A DNA stretch of 64,000 nucleotides from a virus (IMGVR_UViG_3300046168_000026:1-64000); one strand, 5' to 3'; positions 49,570-60,650 are shown, counted from the stretch's first letter. Numbers and translations: made by a program. Notes: generated by a model not told the origin, from the sequence alone.

Positions 49570-49797
49570 CTAATAAAACATTCTATTCCAAGTTAACCAA
49601 GAAGGTTCACTAACCAACTTAGTAGAAAGAACATTCGAAGGAGCAAGTACTACATTTCTCTGAACAACACATCTATTACCATCCTTACTCACACTAACCA
49701 ACTTATTGTCTCCACAATAGTCTTGACCGATAGCTGACCTTAACTCGCCAATCTTATCAAACCCATCAATAGGGTCACTTATACTTAAGTTTATCAT
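49570..49797 (-). CDS. Hypothetical protein
   Basis: ORF with A-rich leader. Confidence 0.5.
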   Translation of the reverse strand: MINLSISDPIDGFDKIGELRSAIGQDYCGDNKLVSVSKDGNRCVVQRNVVLAPSNVLSTKLVSEPSWLTWNRMFY

Positions 49798-49941
49798 AAT
49801 TTTTAATTTTTACTTTTTTAAACACTCAATCGTATCGAGAAGCAATTCCCCCATTGAGCTTGGATATCCTTTTCATATCTCAGGGGAGCTTAATCCCTCA
49901 ACTACTTCGGACCTTCATTGAGCTCTCACTCAATTACAATA

Positions 49942-49998
49942 CTAAGATACGCAAACAATATTGAATTTCCAAACTTTTAATGTTAAATAATTGTTAAG
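49942..49998 (-). promoter_or_regulatory. TTAACA-N5-TTAACA promoter element, copy F
   Basis: CTTAACAATTATTTAACATTAAAAGTTTGG...CGTATCTTAG. Confidence 0.7.
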
Positions 49999-51180
49999 TT
50001 TTCAACAAAGTTATTAACATTATACAGAATGAGCTAGGAATAAGTGGGCTAATTCAGTAGAATACTGGCTCAGAGGGGACTTTCCTATGGACTAAAAAAC
50101 CGACCCCGGTATAAGAACGGCTCACAGGCGACTGTAACTTGCTGATTACCAGTGGATTACACGAAAATACCCGCCCCCCTCGCTCAGTCACATGCGTTCC
50201 TTCGCTCCGTAGGCCTGTGATTTCCTCGTCCACTTCCCCTACCTCATCTGGCTCAGAGGCCTGAATAGGGTTAAATAAGGTTAAATTCTGCCTTGGGTGT
50301 CTCTCCCTATACCTATGTATCCGTATATACTCCCCTTTTTAGCTACTTTTTTTTTATATCACTTTTGCTTTTAGTGTCACCGCAGGGTTTTTTAAACCAG
50401 GCCCCCCCATAAAGATACGAAAAATATTTTAAATGGCCAAATAAAAAGTGTTAAATCGGCAATAAAGTTATCAACATGACACGATGTCAGTTGCGTTGAG
50501 GGCAAAGTTATTAACAATTTTATTAACAATTTAAAGTTATTAACAATTAAATGCTAACAGTATGACATAATGTCCGACTTATCAGGCGGTGACATAACCC
50601 CTTGAGCGTCAACGCTTTAGACCCCTTTAGTTAAAGTAACCCTCGAACATGACATAATGACCGAATTTTTATGGCTAAAAAGGGCAAAATACCCCCTAAA
50701 AATACTTTTCCCTCAGGAAATTTTGGTTTGCCGCGAGAAACGGACTTGTGCCTGTCTATAATTGTGGTAAATTTAGACCCATAGGGGTTATCTAAGTAGA
50801 GTTTAACAGAATTGTGGGAAATGTTAATGATTTAGCGCTGAAATCCCTTTACCTCATCTTATCCCTCATCTTCCAATAAAGAAATAGACGCATTAAATAA
50901 GGTTAAAATTATATGGTGTTTACCATAAAGTGGGAAAAAGTGGTAGAAAAGGGTGGAAAAGTCCACATTTATTTGTCGAGATAATGGAATAGTCGGTTCA
51001 TTACGAAATAGAACGCTAAAAGGATTCCGATAAACTTAAGTAGTAGAATCATACTGATATAAGTAGGTAGAAGAGCATAAAAAAAGTCCTCAAAGACTTG
51101 TCTGAGAACTTGTTTCGATGACTTATATGAGTAAATATTAGGGAATTTTACCCTTGTTAAAAGTTCGTGGGTAATTAAGG
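49999..51180. other. About 1.2 kb non-coding, motif-dense region; candidate origin, packaging site or decoy locus
   Basis: No ORF of 60 aa or more; six TTWTYAACA 9-mers, three TGACA-N3-TG(T/A)C, two IHF-like palindromes, an AAAGTGG 10-bp-period array, C-rich to G-rich switch. Confidence 0.55.
50409..50455 (-). promoter_or_regulatory. Host-type promoter firing into the non-coding G-rich tract
   Basis: TTTAACAC...TTTGG...CGTATCTTTA then GGGGGGG. Confidence 0.55.
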
Positions 51181-51183
51181 ACT

Positions 51184-51399
51184 CTACCCTACGATAATTG
51201 TCTTACCTTGATTCCAGCTCTCTATATGGTATCTGAAGTCGTGTAGGTCGAGAAACTCGTGAACTATTCTCCTCATCTCAGGGGAATTACCATGAATGAT
51301 TTGTGTGTCAAGATAAGGTTTGTCGTACCCTAAAAGGTTTTGCTCTAAAATAGAACTAGCGTCCTTATGTCTTATACCATGTAAATCTATTATCTTCAT
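51184..51399 (-). CDS. Smr-domain-like protein
   Basis: IDLHG...IIHG...NQG. Confidence 0.7.
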   Translation of the reverse strand: MKIIDLHGIRHKDASSILEQNLLGYDKPYLDTQIIHGNSPEMRRIVHEFLDLHDFRYHIESWNQGKTIIVG

Positions 51400-51425
51400 A
51401 GTTTCCTAACATTCACACCCTACAA

Positions 51426-51695
51426 TTATTTATTCCATTCATCATTGAAATAAGTGTCCCTTGGGCGTTTAACCTCATCTCTATTGTCTATGATATCATC
51501 ACTAAAAAGAGATTTAGGCGCCTGATAGAATTTAGACTTCTTATCGTCAAATGTGTAAGCTTGAAAAGAAATTGTTTCCAATTGGGTACGATACGCTTGA
51601 TAAAATGGATTGTGATATTGTATTGTCTTTATACCCTTATCCGTATGTATCGTTATAATACCCTCGTTATCTATTGTGATTGATTTAAGTTCCAT
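51426..51695 (-). CDS. Hypothetical protein
   Basis: ORF. Confidence 0.45.
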   Translation of the reverse strand: MELKSITIDNEGIITIHTDKGIKTIQYHNPFYQAYRTQLETISFQAYTFDDKKSKFYQAPKSLFSDDIIDNRDEVKRPRDTYFNDEWNK

Positions 51696-52072
51696 AATTA
51701 GCTATATTTACTTTATCGTGTTTTGAGTCACCGCAAGGTTGTCGTGGGTTGGGATATCCATCAAAGCCAGAAGAGATTAACCAACATCGCATATAAGAAA
51801 CATTTTGGATTCATTCAAAATTTTCTTTCGACACACGATATCGTCCCATCTCGGAAGGTCGATGTACCCTTATTATTCTTGGTTAGTTTGTAAGTCTTTA
51901 TATATATCGTCTTCGGAAATGTCGATTGACATATCGAATCCTATATGGGGTCTTTGGGCGTTTTGTGCAAACCACATTCCTACATCACATAGAGAATCTA
52001 CGATTGACCCTGATACTACTTCTTTAACTTCTTTCTTGCTCTTGTTTCCTACTTGTTTAAATGACACTTCTT

Positions 52073-52474
52073 TTACTCCGATTTCTTGTTTAAAAATAAT
52101 TGATAACTTCCTCTAATAATATATAGTATTTTTTTTGTTATTGGCGTAAAGTCATAATCACTTATTTCATCTAAAGTAATCCACTTGACTTTTTGGTGTT
52201 CATTTAGTCTTGGTTTACCACTCTTGTATTTGATTAAATACGGATATACCATTAACCCATGGAGTTCTCTTTCTGGAATGAGATAATATGTTTTTATCTC
52301 TATATCCAACTCCTCTTTCCACTCTCTTACGATTGCGTCATCGGGAGATTCACCTTCTTCTACTTTTCCACCAGGCAGTTCCCATTTATTGGGAAATTTT
52401 GGGTTTGATTCTAATCTCTGACCTATAAGGAATTTATCCTCGTCCAGTAAAGTCCCACATACTATCTTCATCAT
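52073..52474 (-). CDS. NUDIX hydrolase (MutT/NudG-like)
   Basis: WELPGGKVEEGE...AIVREWKEEL. Confidence 0.88.
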   Translation of the reverse strand: MMKIVCGTLLDEDKFLIGQRLESNPKFPNKWELPGGKVEEGESPDDAIVREWKEELDIEIKTYYLIPERELHGLMVYPYLIKYKSGKPRLNEHQKVKWITLDEISDYDFTPITKKILYIIRGSYQLFLNKKSE

Positions 52475-52631
52475 TGTCCTTACTATCTTGTCGGATTATT
52501 CCGAGGTCCTTATAGTTGAATGGTAGGTCGTATTTCTTACACATGACAATCATTACTTCTACTGCTTTTATCATCTTTTTCGTTCTTGTATTCCACAAAA
52601 ATGATTGCATTATATTGTCATCCATAATCAC
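52434..52631 (-). CDS. Hypothetical protein
   Basis: ORF. Confidence 0.4.
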   Translation of the reverse strand: MIMDDNIMQSFLWNTRTKKMIKAVEVMIVMCKKYDLPFNYKDLGIIRQDSKDNDEDSMWDFTGRG

Positions 52632-53260
52632 TATCTTCTTATATTAGGTATTTGAAAGTCTGACCAATCTCTACCTTTTAGGTTTTTATTATCGAAGTAG
52701 AATGTCCACTCGTGTTGTCCTGCCCATATTTGTTTTGTGAATCCACTTGGTATAAGTGCTCCACCCTCAACATATTCGGGTTCATTATCAAAGTGTATTG
52801 TTACATTCACTTTCACCTCTTCAAATACCTTGGATAAGTCTCGTTCAAATCTTTCGAGTTCTTTCCATGGTCCTCTGTTTAGTGATTCGTGTTGTAATGC
52901 ACAATTTAGATAATTAAATGTTTCTCTGAGTGTTTCCCTATCATAACAATTGAATGCTGCTGCGGGTGCCATATGACCTTTGTCATATACATTTGCTTTA
53001 TAGTCATTATTGTCTGAAGTTATATATCCCTTTGGTTTCCAAAAATCCATCCCACTTCTACTGATTTCTCCTGTTGGACACATTATCTTATATGTGACTT
53101 GAAGTGGTTGTTGATAATCTTCACTATATACAACATCGTAGAGTTCACCATCATAATGTTTGATTTGTGCATTTAATGTTGTTGCGAAACCGATAAAAGT
53201 AAAATATACCAATGCGAAATACATTAGTACATTTATAGAGTCAAATTTGTTGTTTTTCAT
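52631..53260 (-). CDS. Secreted DNA/RNA non-specific endonuclease
   Basis: Signal peptide; YDKGHMAP, TF.Y.N..LQ...LNRG.W..LE. Confidence 0.85.
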   Translation of the reverse strand: MKNNKFDSINVLMYFALVYFTFIGFATTLNAQIKHYDGELYDVVYSEDYQQPLQVTYKIMCPTGEISRSGMDFWKPKGYITSDNNDYKANVYDKGHMAPAAAFNCYDRETLRETFNYLNCALQHESLNRGPWKELERFERDLSKVFEEVKVNVTIHFDNEPEYVEGGALIPSGFTKQIWAGQHEWTFYFDNKNLKGRDWSDFQIPNIRR

Positions 53261-53410
53261 TTCCTTGCTAAAACTTTATACTTAAGTGGTGGTCTGTTTC
53301 TCTGATATTGATTCATAGTCCACCTAAGTCTATCTGTCTTTACTATGAATACATTATCTTCACCCTCTTCTGGGTTAATGTAGGTTATTTGTACTTTGTA
53401 TGATATTTTT

Positions 53411-53929
53411 CTAGCCATCGAATTCTAATTTTCGTTCAAAATATTGGGCAGCGTCCTGTATTTCAGGATTCTGTTTGATTGTTTGCATCGCAATCATATC
53501 TTTCATTTTAGTCGTTGACCATCCATGAGCTCTTGTTGTATACACAACTCTCGGTGGTAGGTCATCACCTGTAAAAGACTTGTTGATATAATCCTCACCT
53601 AAGATTCTTACATCGGGTTTAAAGAACTTAATTAAGTCATAAAGTTCTTCTTCTGTTTGATATACATATACTTCATCGATATATTGTATTGCCATCAATG
53701 TTCTATATCTTTCGTATAGTGGTATAACTGGTTTGTACTTTGATTTCCTATGAAGACTTGGGTCTTTCTGAAGAAATACTATAAAGTGGTCACAATGTCT
53801 TTTTGCTTCTTGAAAGGTATAAATATATCCAGGATGTATTAAATCAAAGTTACCTGCCACACATCCTACTATTTTTCGTTTACCTCTCATAGCTACATTG
53901 AATCTTTCTTTTTCTAAATCTTTATCCAT
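53411..53929 (-). CDS. Cytidylyltransferase (TagD-like)
   Basis: GNFDLIHPGY, ER, GEDY, RAHGWSTT. Confidence 0.8.
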   Translation of the reverse strand: MDKDLEKERFNVAMRGKRKIVGCVAGNFDLIHPGYIYTFQEAKRHCDHFIVFLQKDPSLHRKSKYKPVIPLYERYRTLMAIQYIDEVYVYQTEEELYDLIKFFKPDVRILGEDYINKSFTGDDLPPRVVYTTRAHGWSTTKMKDMIAMQTIKQNPEIQDAAQYFERKLEFDG

Positions 53930-54263
53930 AAGTGTTTAATTGAGCATTAATTTTATCTACTAACTTTTGATGTTTATTCAATCCATCATCTGTTAGTGTA
54001 GTTTTTAATTGTTCTAACAACTCAACAACTCTTCGTTTACCTCTGACTTTGGCGAACCCTCTGTTTTCTCTTTCTACTTGATATAAAAGAAATGCGATTT
54101 CGTCAGTTTGTCTCAACTTAGTTTCATATTTACTGATTCTTGAGTCTACCATTCTATTATCCGTTGAACTCCAATGTGGAACATATCCTTTGTACAACTC
54201 GTCCAATCTACCCTTGAGATATTGAATCTCCATCAGTTTGTTTAGTGTCTTTCTTTCCATCAC
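53922..54263 (-). CDS. Hypothetical protein
   Basis: ORF. Confidence 0.45.
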   Translation of the reverse strand: MMERKTLNKLMEIQYLKGRLDELYKGYVPHWSSTDNRMVDSRISKYETKLRQTDEIAFLLYQVERENRGFAKVRGKRRVVELLEQLKTTLTDDGLNKHQKLVDKINAQLNTYG

Positions 54264-54899
54264 TTAATAGTTTTGCTTCTTCTTTTTGTAAATCCTTTGG
54301 TAAATCTTTATTCTTTACCTTTAGTTTAGTTTCTTCTTCTACTCGGTTAACACAATATAGTCGTTGTTCTTTGTTTCCTTTACCCCATAACCATCCAATA
54401 GTCCCTTTGATTTCTTCAATCTCAGTTGAAATCCTATTTGTGTTGTTATTGAGTATTTTTTCATCATTTTTATCTAATTTGTAATTCACATCGAATTTAC
54501 CTGCCAATTCTAACATCGTTGCCAAATCTTGTTTTTCATATGCGTCTTTTACTGACTGAAAAATCTCATGTCCATCTTCTAATTTATCAGGATGAGTTTT
54601 GGCAGCAAGTCTCTTATAGAGATTCTTTACCTTTGTTGGCGCATTTTTGAGAAGCTCCTTTTGTCTGTCAAGTTCTTTTTGTCGTTCTTCTTGCTCTCTC
54701 TTTGCGTTTTCAAAGTGGGTTGCTGGGTTTTCGAAATTCGTCTGATTATTATCATTATTAGTTTTTACTGCTTTATCGTAGTACTTCTTAAAATAAGAAT
54801 CAAAATCTTCTGTATACTTTTCAAAATCATCCTTGACATCTTCAAGTTCTAATTTTAAGTAATCTAATTTTAATTTTAATATCTTAAGTTTTCGGCTCA

Positions 54900-54900
<1 letters not shown>
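54208..54900 (-). CDS. J-domain (DnaJ-like) coiled-coil protein
   Basis: KNLYKRLAAKTHPDK...F..VKDAYE; directly after groEL. Confidence 0.75.
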
Positions 54901-56501
<1,601 letters not shown>

Positions 56502-57110
56502 TTATTTACCTTTTTTTTGTTTTTCTCTTGCTTGTTTGATTTGTTCTGCTCTCCATTGTGGTTGTTTACCTCTAAGATTACCTCTTAGATTATGAAAACA
56601 GTTATAACATAAAAATCTGATATTATCTTTTTTGTGATTTGTCCAATCATCGTCCATATGGTCAAGAATCAGAGGAATTGTTCCATCTGTAACTCTTTTC
56701 TCATTGTAACCACAATTGTGACATTCATGCGGAAATTCTAATTCAGGTTTATGTGCATTATTAATTAGTCTCTTCTTTAGTAAGAAAACAGGATACTTAG
56801 GATGTTTACCATCTAATATGTCATTCAATGCGTATTTACCTTGAGTTACATTATATGGTTTCTTAACACCCTTACCTCTTTGATTCTTGTGTAAGTCCCA
56901 AAGATTTTTACCTGATTCTTCGTCTTTGTATAATTTAGAATATTTTTGATATGTAGTCAACGACACATTTAAGAATCTCGCTGCGCCTGAATTTGACTTG
57001 GAGTTCTTCATCGCATACCGAATCTGTGCTTCAGTTAGGTTCAAAGGAGTTCGTCCTTTTCCTAATACATAACCATTTGGCAATTTAGTACCCTTTTTCA
57101 TATCCTTCAT
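56502..57110 (-). CDS. HNH-type protein with N-terminal HTH
   Basis: AARFLNVS; CHNCG...LDHMDDDWTNH...NIRFLCYNC. Confidence 0.75.
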   Translation of the reverse strand: MKDMKKGTKLPNGYVLGKGRTPLNLTEAQIRYAMKNSKSNSGAARFLNVSLTTYQKYSKLYKDEESGKNLWDLHKNQRGKGVKKPYNVTQGKYALNDILDGKHPKYPVFLLKKRLINNAHKPELEFPHECHNCGYNEKRVTDGTIPLILDHMDDDWTNHKKDNIRFLCYNCFHNLRGNLRGKQPQWRAEQIKQAREKQKKGK

Positions 57111-57127
57111 TTATATATAAATATGGT

Positions 57128-57352
57128 CTACCCATATTTTTCTACTATACTCTCTAAAAATTGGAATTCTCTGAAAGTTAGCGTTTGTTGATTCTTTTGA
57201 ATCTTTTCTTTTAAATCGTGTAATCTTTTCTTGTCTCTATATGCAAATAATCCTTTTATATGTTTTGGATTTGAGTAGACTATATCTTCTGCAACCCTAA
57301 CAAAGTGAAAGTGTCTGTATAATTCTCTTTTAATTATTTTCATTGTTTCCAA
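57128..57352 (-). CDS. Hypothetical protein
   Basis: ORF. Confidence 0.45.
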   Translation of the reverse strand: METMKIIKRELYRHFHFVRVAEDIVYSNPKHIKGLFAYRDKKRLHDLKEKIQKNQQTLTFREFQFLESIVEKYG

Positions 57353-57687
57353 AATAATTGTACTGCTAATAAAGTAGATGCCAATACCAATGATACTGCC
57401 ACCTTTGGTGTTATTCCTTGTTTAAAGAAATATGCGACTCCGAATGCGTATACTACCATTCCGATTGAAAATCCTAAAAACCTTGCTGGCCATAGTTGTC
57501 CATCAAACCCCTCTACTGCGTATTTAGTTCCCCATATATATAAAAATGATATAGGTACACCACATATTGCCAGTAGAAGTGTATTATCTTTGAACCAATC
57601 CCATTTGAATTGTCCGTTTAACTGAAAGAACACTGCGATGTGTCCTAACAGAAACCAAACTATACTCATCAATACACTCTTATTCAT
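57340..57687 (-). CDS. Four-TM SMR/DMT-like membrane protein
   Basis: Four hydrophobic helices; LWPARFLGF. Confidence 0.55.
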   Translation of the reverse strand: MNKSVLMSIVWFLLGHIAVFFQLNGQFKWDWFKDNTLLLAICGVPISFLYIWGTKYAVEGFDGQLWPARFLGFSIGMVVYAFGVAYFFKQGITPKVAVSLVLASTLLAVQLFWKQ

Positions 57688-58001
57688 TATGCATTGATTT
57701 TCATTAAGATTTCTTGCTCTCTATATAGATTTAGCTTTTCACCATCTAATTTTAGTTGAACACCTGTATTTGGTACGATAACATTATCACCTACTTGTAG
57801 TTTCATAGGTATTTTTGTACCTGTTGTAGTATGTATACCACTACCAACTGCGAGTACCTCACCCTTCATTTGTTCTTTATTAGACTCGGGCTTGTACAAC
57901 CCACCTTTGGTCTTTTCGTCTTCTTTAATAACTCTGACTAATACATAGTCATTTAATGGTTGGTATGTTTTCCACCATAGTTTTTTTTCTGTTTTCGCCA
58001 T
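57687..58001 (-). CDS. groES: Co-chaperonin GroES
   Basis: PLNDYVLV, TKGGL, GEVLAVGSG, VGD.V. Confidence 0.92.
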   Translation of the reverse strand: MAKTEKKLWWKTYQPLNDYVLVRVIKEDEKTKGGLYKPESNKEQMKGEVLAVGSGIHTTTGTKIPMKLQVGDNVIVPNTGVQLKLDGEKLNLYREQEILMKINA

Positions 58002-58062
58002 AACTTCTTTCTAATTTGATTACAATATACAACATTTATTTGATATTGCAAAATGTTTTTAA

Positions 58063-58329
58063 CTATTTTTCGTTTCTTCTCAAGATTTCCACAAGCAGTC
58101 TTAAATCCTCTAAGTCATTAAAAACTATTGATGTGTCTACAATCTCTACTTCTAATTCGTCTTCCCATTCGTCTTCTCGGTTTGATTGGAGTTCAATCTC
58201 ACCAACCACCAAGGTATAAAAGGTTGGACTTTCTACATTCTGAAATATACCTTCTACATTAACATTTTCATGAGAAGGTTCTTCACGCTCAAACCCTAAA
58301 TCAATTAGGTCTTGCTCTGTCATTGTCAT
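58063..58329 (-). CDS. Hypothetical protein
   Basis: TEQDLIDLGFE. Confidence 0.5.
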   Translation of the reverse strand: MTMTEQDLIDLGFEREEPSHENVNVEGIFQNVESPTFYTLVVGEIELQSNREDEWEDELEVEIVDTSIVFNDLEDLRLLVEILRRNEK

Positions 58330-58338
58330 ATTTTCCCC

Positions 58339-58539
58339 TTATCTAACTATATCAAAAGATACTACGCCATCACAATCCATACAGAACTCTGTGTCTATTC
58401 TTCCTCTAACACATGAATCATGCTCCCAAAGATATACTGGATTCTGAGAATCACATTCACATTTAGGACCTGTACAACTTAGTTGACTAAATCTTTTGAG
58501 TCTTGGATGTTTAATCCATTCGTCTTTTAAATATACCAT
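58339..58539 (-). CDS. Small zinc-ribbon-like protein
   Basis: CEC...CMDC. Confidence 0.45.
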   Translation of the reverse strand: MVYLKDEWIKHPRLKRFSQLSCTGPKCECDSQNPVYLWEHDSCVRGRIDTEFCMDCDGVVSFDIVR

Positions 58540-58541
58540 AA

Positions 58542-58907
58542 CTATATGTTTACATCACCAAAACCACCATTTTTATTAACGATGATTCCTTTGGCTCTTA
58601 CCTCATCAGGATTTTTATCACTACTATTGTTGATTAGAATTCTCTCAGCTCTACCGATTCCCATAACTAATTGGTGGAATGGTATCCCTAATATATCCAT
58701 CTCTTGAATAGTCTCGTGTCTTAGTGACTCAGGTCTTGCCGTAGTCAATACAATATGATGACCTTCTTTGAACCACTTTACCATCTTGTCTACCACACCT
58801 GGCAGAGCAACAGACTTGAAAGGGTCAAGGTCTTCGAAATTTACTTGATGTACTAAAGTCCCATCTATATCACTAAAAATTGTTTTTGTTTTTATCATAG
58901 GTTTCAA
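58542..58907 (-). CDS. HAD-family protein (capsule/EcbF-like)
   Basis: DIDGT, LTTAR, LVMG. Confidence 0.75.
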   Translation of the reverse strand: MKPMIKTKTIFSDIDGTLVHQVNFEDLDPFKSVALPGVVDKMVKWFKEGHHIVLTTARPESLRHETIQEMDILGIPFHQLVMGIGRAERILINNSSDKNPDEVRAKGIIVNKNGGFGDVNI

Positions 58908-58918
58908 ACTTTTACATT

Positions 58919-58980
58919 ATAAATGTACGACAATTTTTGTTAATTGCCAAACTTTTAATGTTAAGAAATTGTTAAATTTT
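58919..58980 (-). promoter_or_regulatory. TTAACA-N5-TTAACA promoter element, copy I
   Basis: AAAATTTAACAATTTCTTAACATTAAAAGTTTGG...CGTACATTT. Confidence 0.75.
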
Positions 58981-59620
58981 ACCAATTTTCTCTTCTAAAG
59001 TGTTCATCATCCCAAGCCCAACTTAATAGTCGAGTCTCTTCGACATCGTGTAGTACGATGGTTTTATCTGTCATTTTATCATCATAGAAATATTCATAAC
59101 CAAAACAACCTACATCTGCGTCAATTACTTGTATGATTCTATCTGAAAATATTTTACACCCATTTGCCCATTGAATGTCGGAATAAGTAGTTAATAATTC
59201 TTTTATCATTCTTGAGTTAGGTGCTGACCCATATACTGCACAATCAAACAAAGTATTATTTTGTTGTGTTGGTTTTAATCCTGTAAAGAATGTTATATTT
59301 TCACCAAGTTGATTCATACATAAATCAAAATTTTGAACTGGCTTTGCATCTGCATCAACATAAATTCCACCAATTTCATTTAGTAGTAAACATCTAATCC
59401 TATCACAAATGAATGCCCATTTATATAACTCTGGGTTTTTTAAGTAGTTTGTTAGGAATGGGTCATCGCTATATTTTTCAAAAACTTCATTGCCCCAAAG
59501 TTTACATTCGTAATTTGGATTTACTATTGGCATCGCATCCGTAAACTCTTTGATATGTTCGGGTATGGGGTTATCACCAACCCATAGTTGATGTATTATT
59601 TTTGGTATTTTTGTATTCAT
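58979..59620 (-). CDS. Glycosyltransferase, DXD-type (GT32/OCH1-like)
   Basis: IPKIIHQLW, DRIR..LL...GGIYVDAD. Confidence 0.85.
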   Translation of the reverse strand: MNTKIPKIIHQLWVGDNPIPEHIKEFTDAMPIVNPNYECKLWGNEVFEKYSDDPFLTNYLKNPELYKWAFICDRIRCLLLNEIGGIYVDADAKPVQNFDLCMNQLGENITFFTGLKPTQQNNTLFDCAVYGSAPNSRMIKELLTTYSDIQWANGCKIFSDRIIQVIDADVGCFGYEYFYDDKMTDKTIVLHDVEETRLLSWAWDDEHFRRENW

Positions 59621-59805
59621 ATTTCTAAATGTCCTAATTTTTCGTGTAATCTTTTCATATGTTTACAAGGTGAATATGGTCTAAACTCCCTTGCTTTACA
59701 TTCACAATCTGTTATTCGGTAATCAGTTACAGTTACATTGTAGTAAGACAATTTACCTGTCTTCTTGTTACGACTACCCATTTCTCTATACTGCCACTTC
59801 CTCAT
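59617..59805 (-). CDS. SWIM zinc-finger protein
   Basis: CEC...PCKH. Confidence 0.7.
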   Translation of the reverse strand: MRKWQYREMGSRNKKTGKLSYYNVTVTDYRITDCECKAREFRPYSPCKHMKRLHEKLGHLEI

Positions 59806-60073
59806 TGTCTATTTTTTTCATTAGTAAATCATACGACAATTCAGTTGGTTCTTGAAATAGAACCTCATGGTCACGATACTCAAACTTTTCCAAGTCATTG
59901 GATTGTTCCTTAACTATCTCAGTTAATTTACCTTCCAAGTCATCAGTATACATTACAACATCCGTTGCCACTTCCATTGTGAACTGATGTCCACCTTTTG
60001 GTTTCCAATGAGTTCGTCCCTCATGGAATCCATAATTCTCATAATACTGAGTATCAATTACAATCTTTGCCAT
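59786..60073 (-). CDS. Conserved phage hypothetical protein
   Basis: TQYYENYG...WKPKGG. Confidence 0.55.
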   Translation of the reverse strand: MAKIVIDTQYYENYGFHEGRTHWKPKGGHQFTMEVATDVVMYTDDLEGKLTEIVKEQSNDLEKFEYRDHEVLFQEPTELSYDLLMKKIDNEEVAV

Positions 60074-60075
60074 AT

Positions 60076-60264
60076 CTAATAAACTATAAAATCTGTTAAC
60101 TCTTCACCGATACCGACTCCATTTTTAGTTATCTCATAACTGGGGTCCATACCTGAACTAATTACTGAATCAACTAATTGTTGAATCGTGTCAAAACTTT
60201 TATCATAATAAGAACAATCTAAACTATACATATCTTTTATTTTTAACATGGACATACTATCCAT
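60076..60264 (-). CDS. Hypothetical protein
   Basis: ORF. Confidence 0.5.
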   Translation of the reverse strand: MDSMSMLKIKDMYSLDCSYYDKSFDTIQQLVDSVISSGMDPSYEITKNGVGIGEELTDFIVY

Positions 60265-60395
60265 AGTGAAACATATAACAAACCAAACATACCACCCAAA
60301 AAAAGGACAGATAAAATTGCGTCTATTGGATTTTCTTTTATAGCTTCGATAGCTTCTTTATTGAATTCGTACCACTCTTTCATATTTCTTATTTT

Positions 60396-60623
60396 TTATG
60401 CGAATGAACCGCTATTGATAAAAGGACTAACAACTCCATATTCTTGGTGACTCAAAGCGTCATACCAATCTGATGCCACTTCGTCTTCTTTCAAAGATAT
60501 TGGACAATCAAAGTCTGGCTTGTTGTTAACAAACGCCGGATAAACAATTCCTGTGTTGGTATCAACCCAACTTCCTACTGATTTTAATTCTACTAAATTC
60601 ATAATTTTTAATTTATTTTTCAT
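60396..60623 (-). CDS. Hypothetical protein
   Basis: ORF behind promoter copy J. Confidence 0.5.
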   Translation of the reverse strand: MKNKLKIMNLVELKSVGSWVDTNTGIVYPAFVNNKPDFDCPISLKEDEVASDWYDALSHQEYGVVSPFINSGSFA

Positions 60624-60650
60624 TTATTATTAACTCTTAATCTTACACTA

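Noticed and set aside
49800-49935. Glycine or SAM-I riboswitch
   Set aside because: GAGAG...CCGAAG and GAGGGA fragments are present, but the CTCAGG and AGCAACC cores are missing.
51700-52067. ORF 51873-52067 and several tiny ORFs downstream
   Set aside because: The frames are ambiguous and short with no motif; left uncalled.
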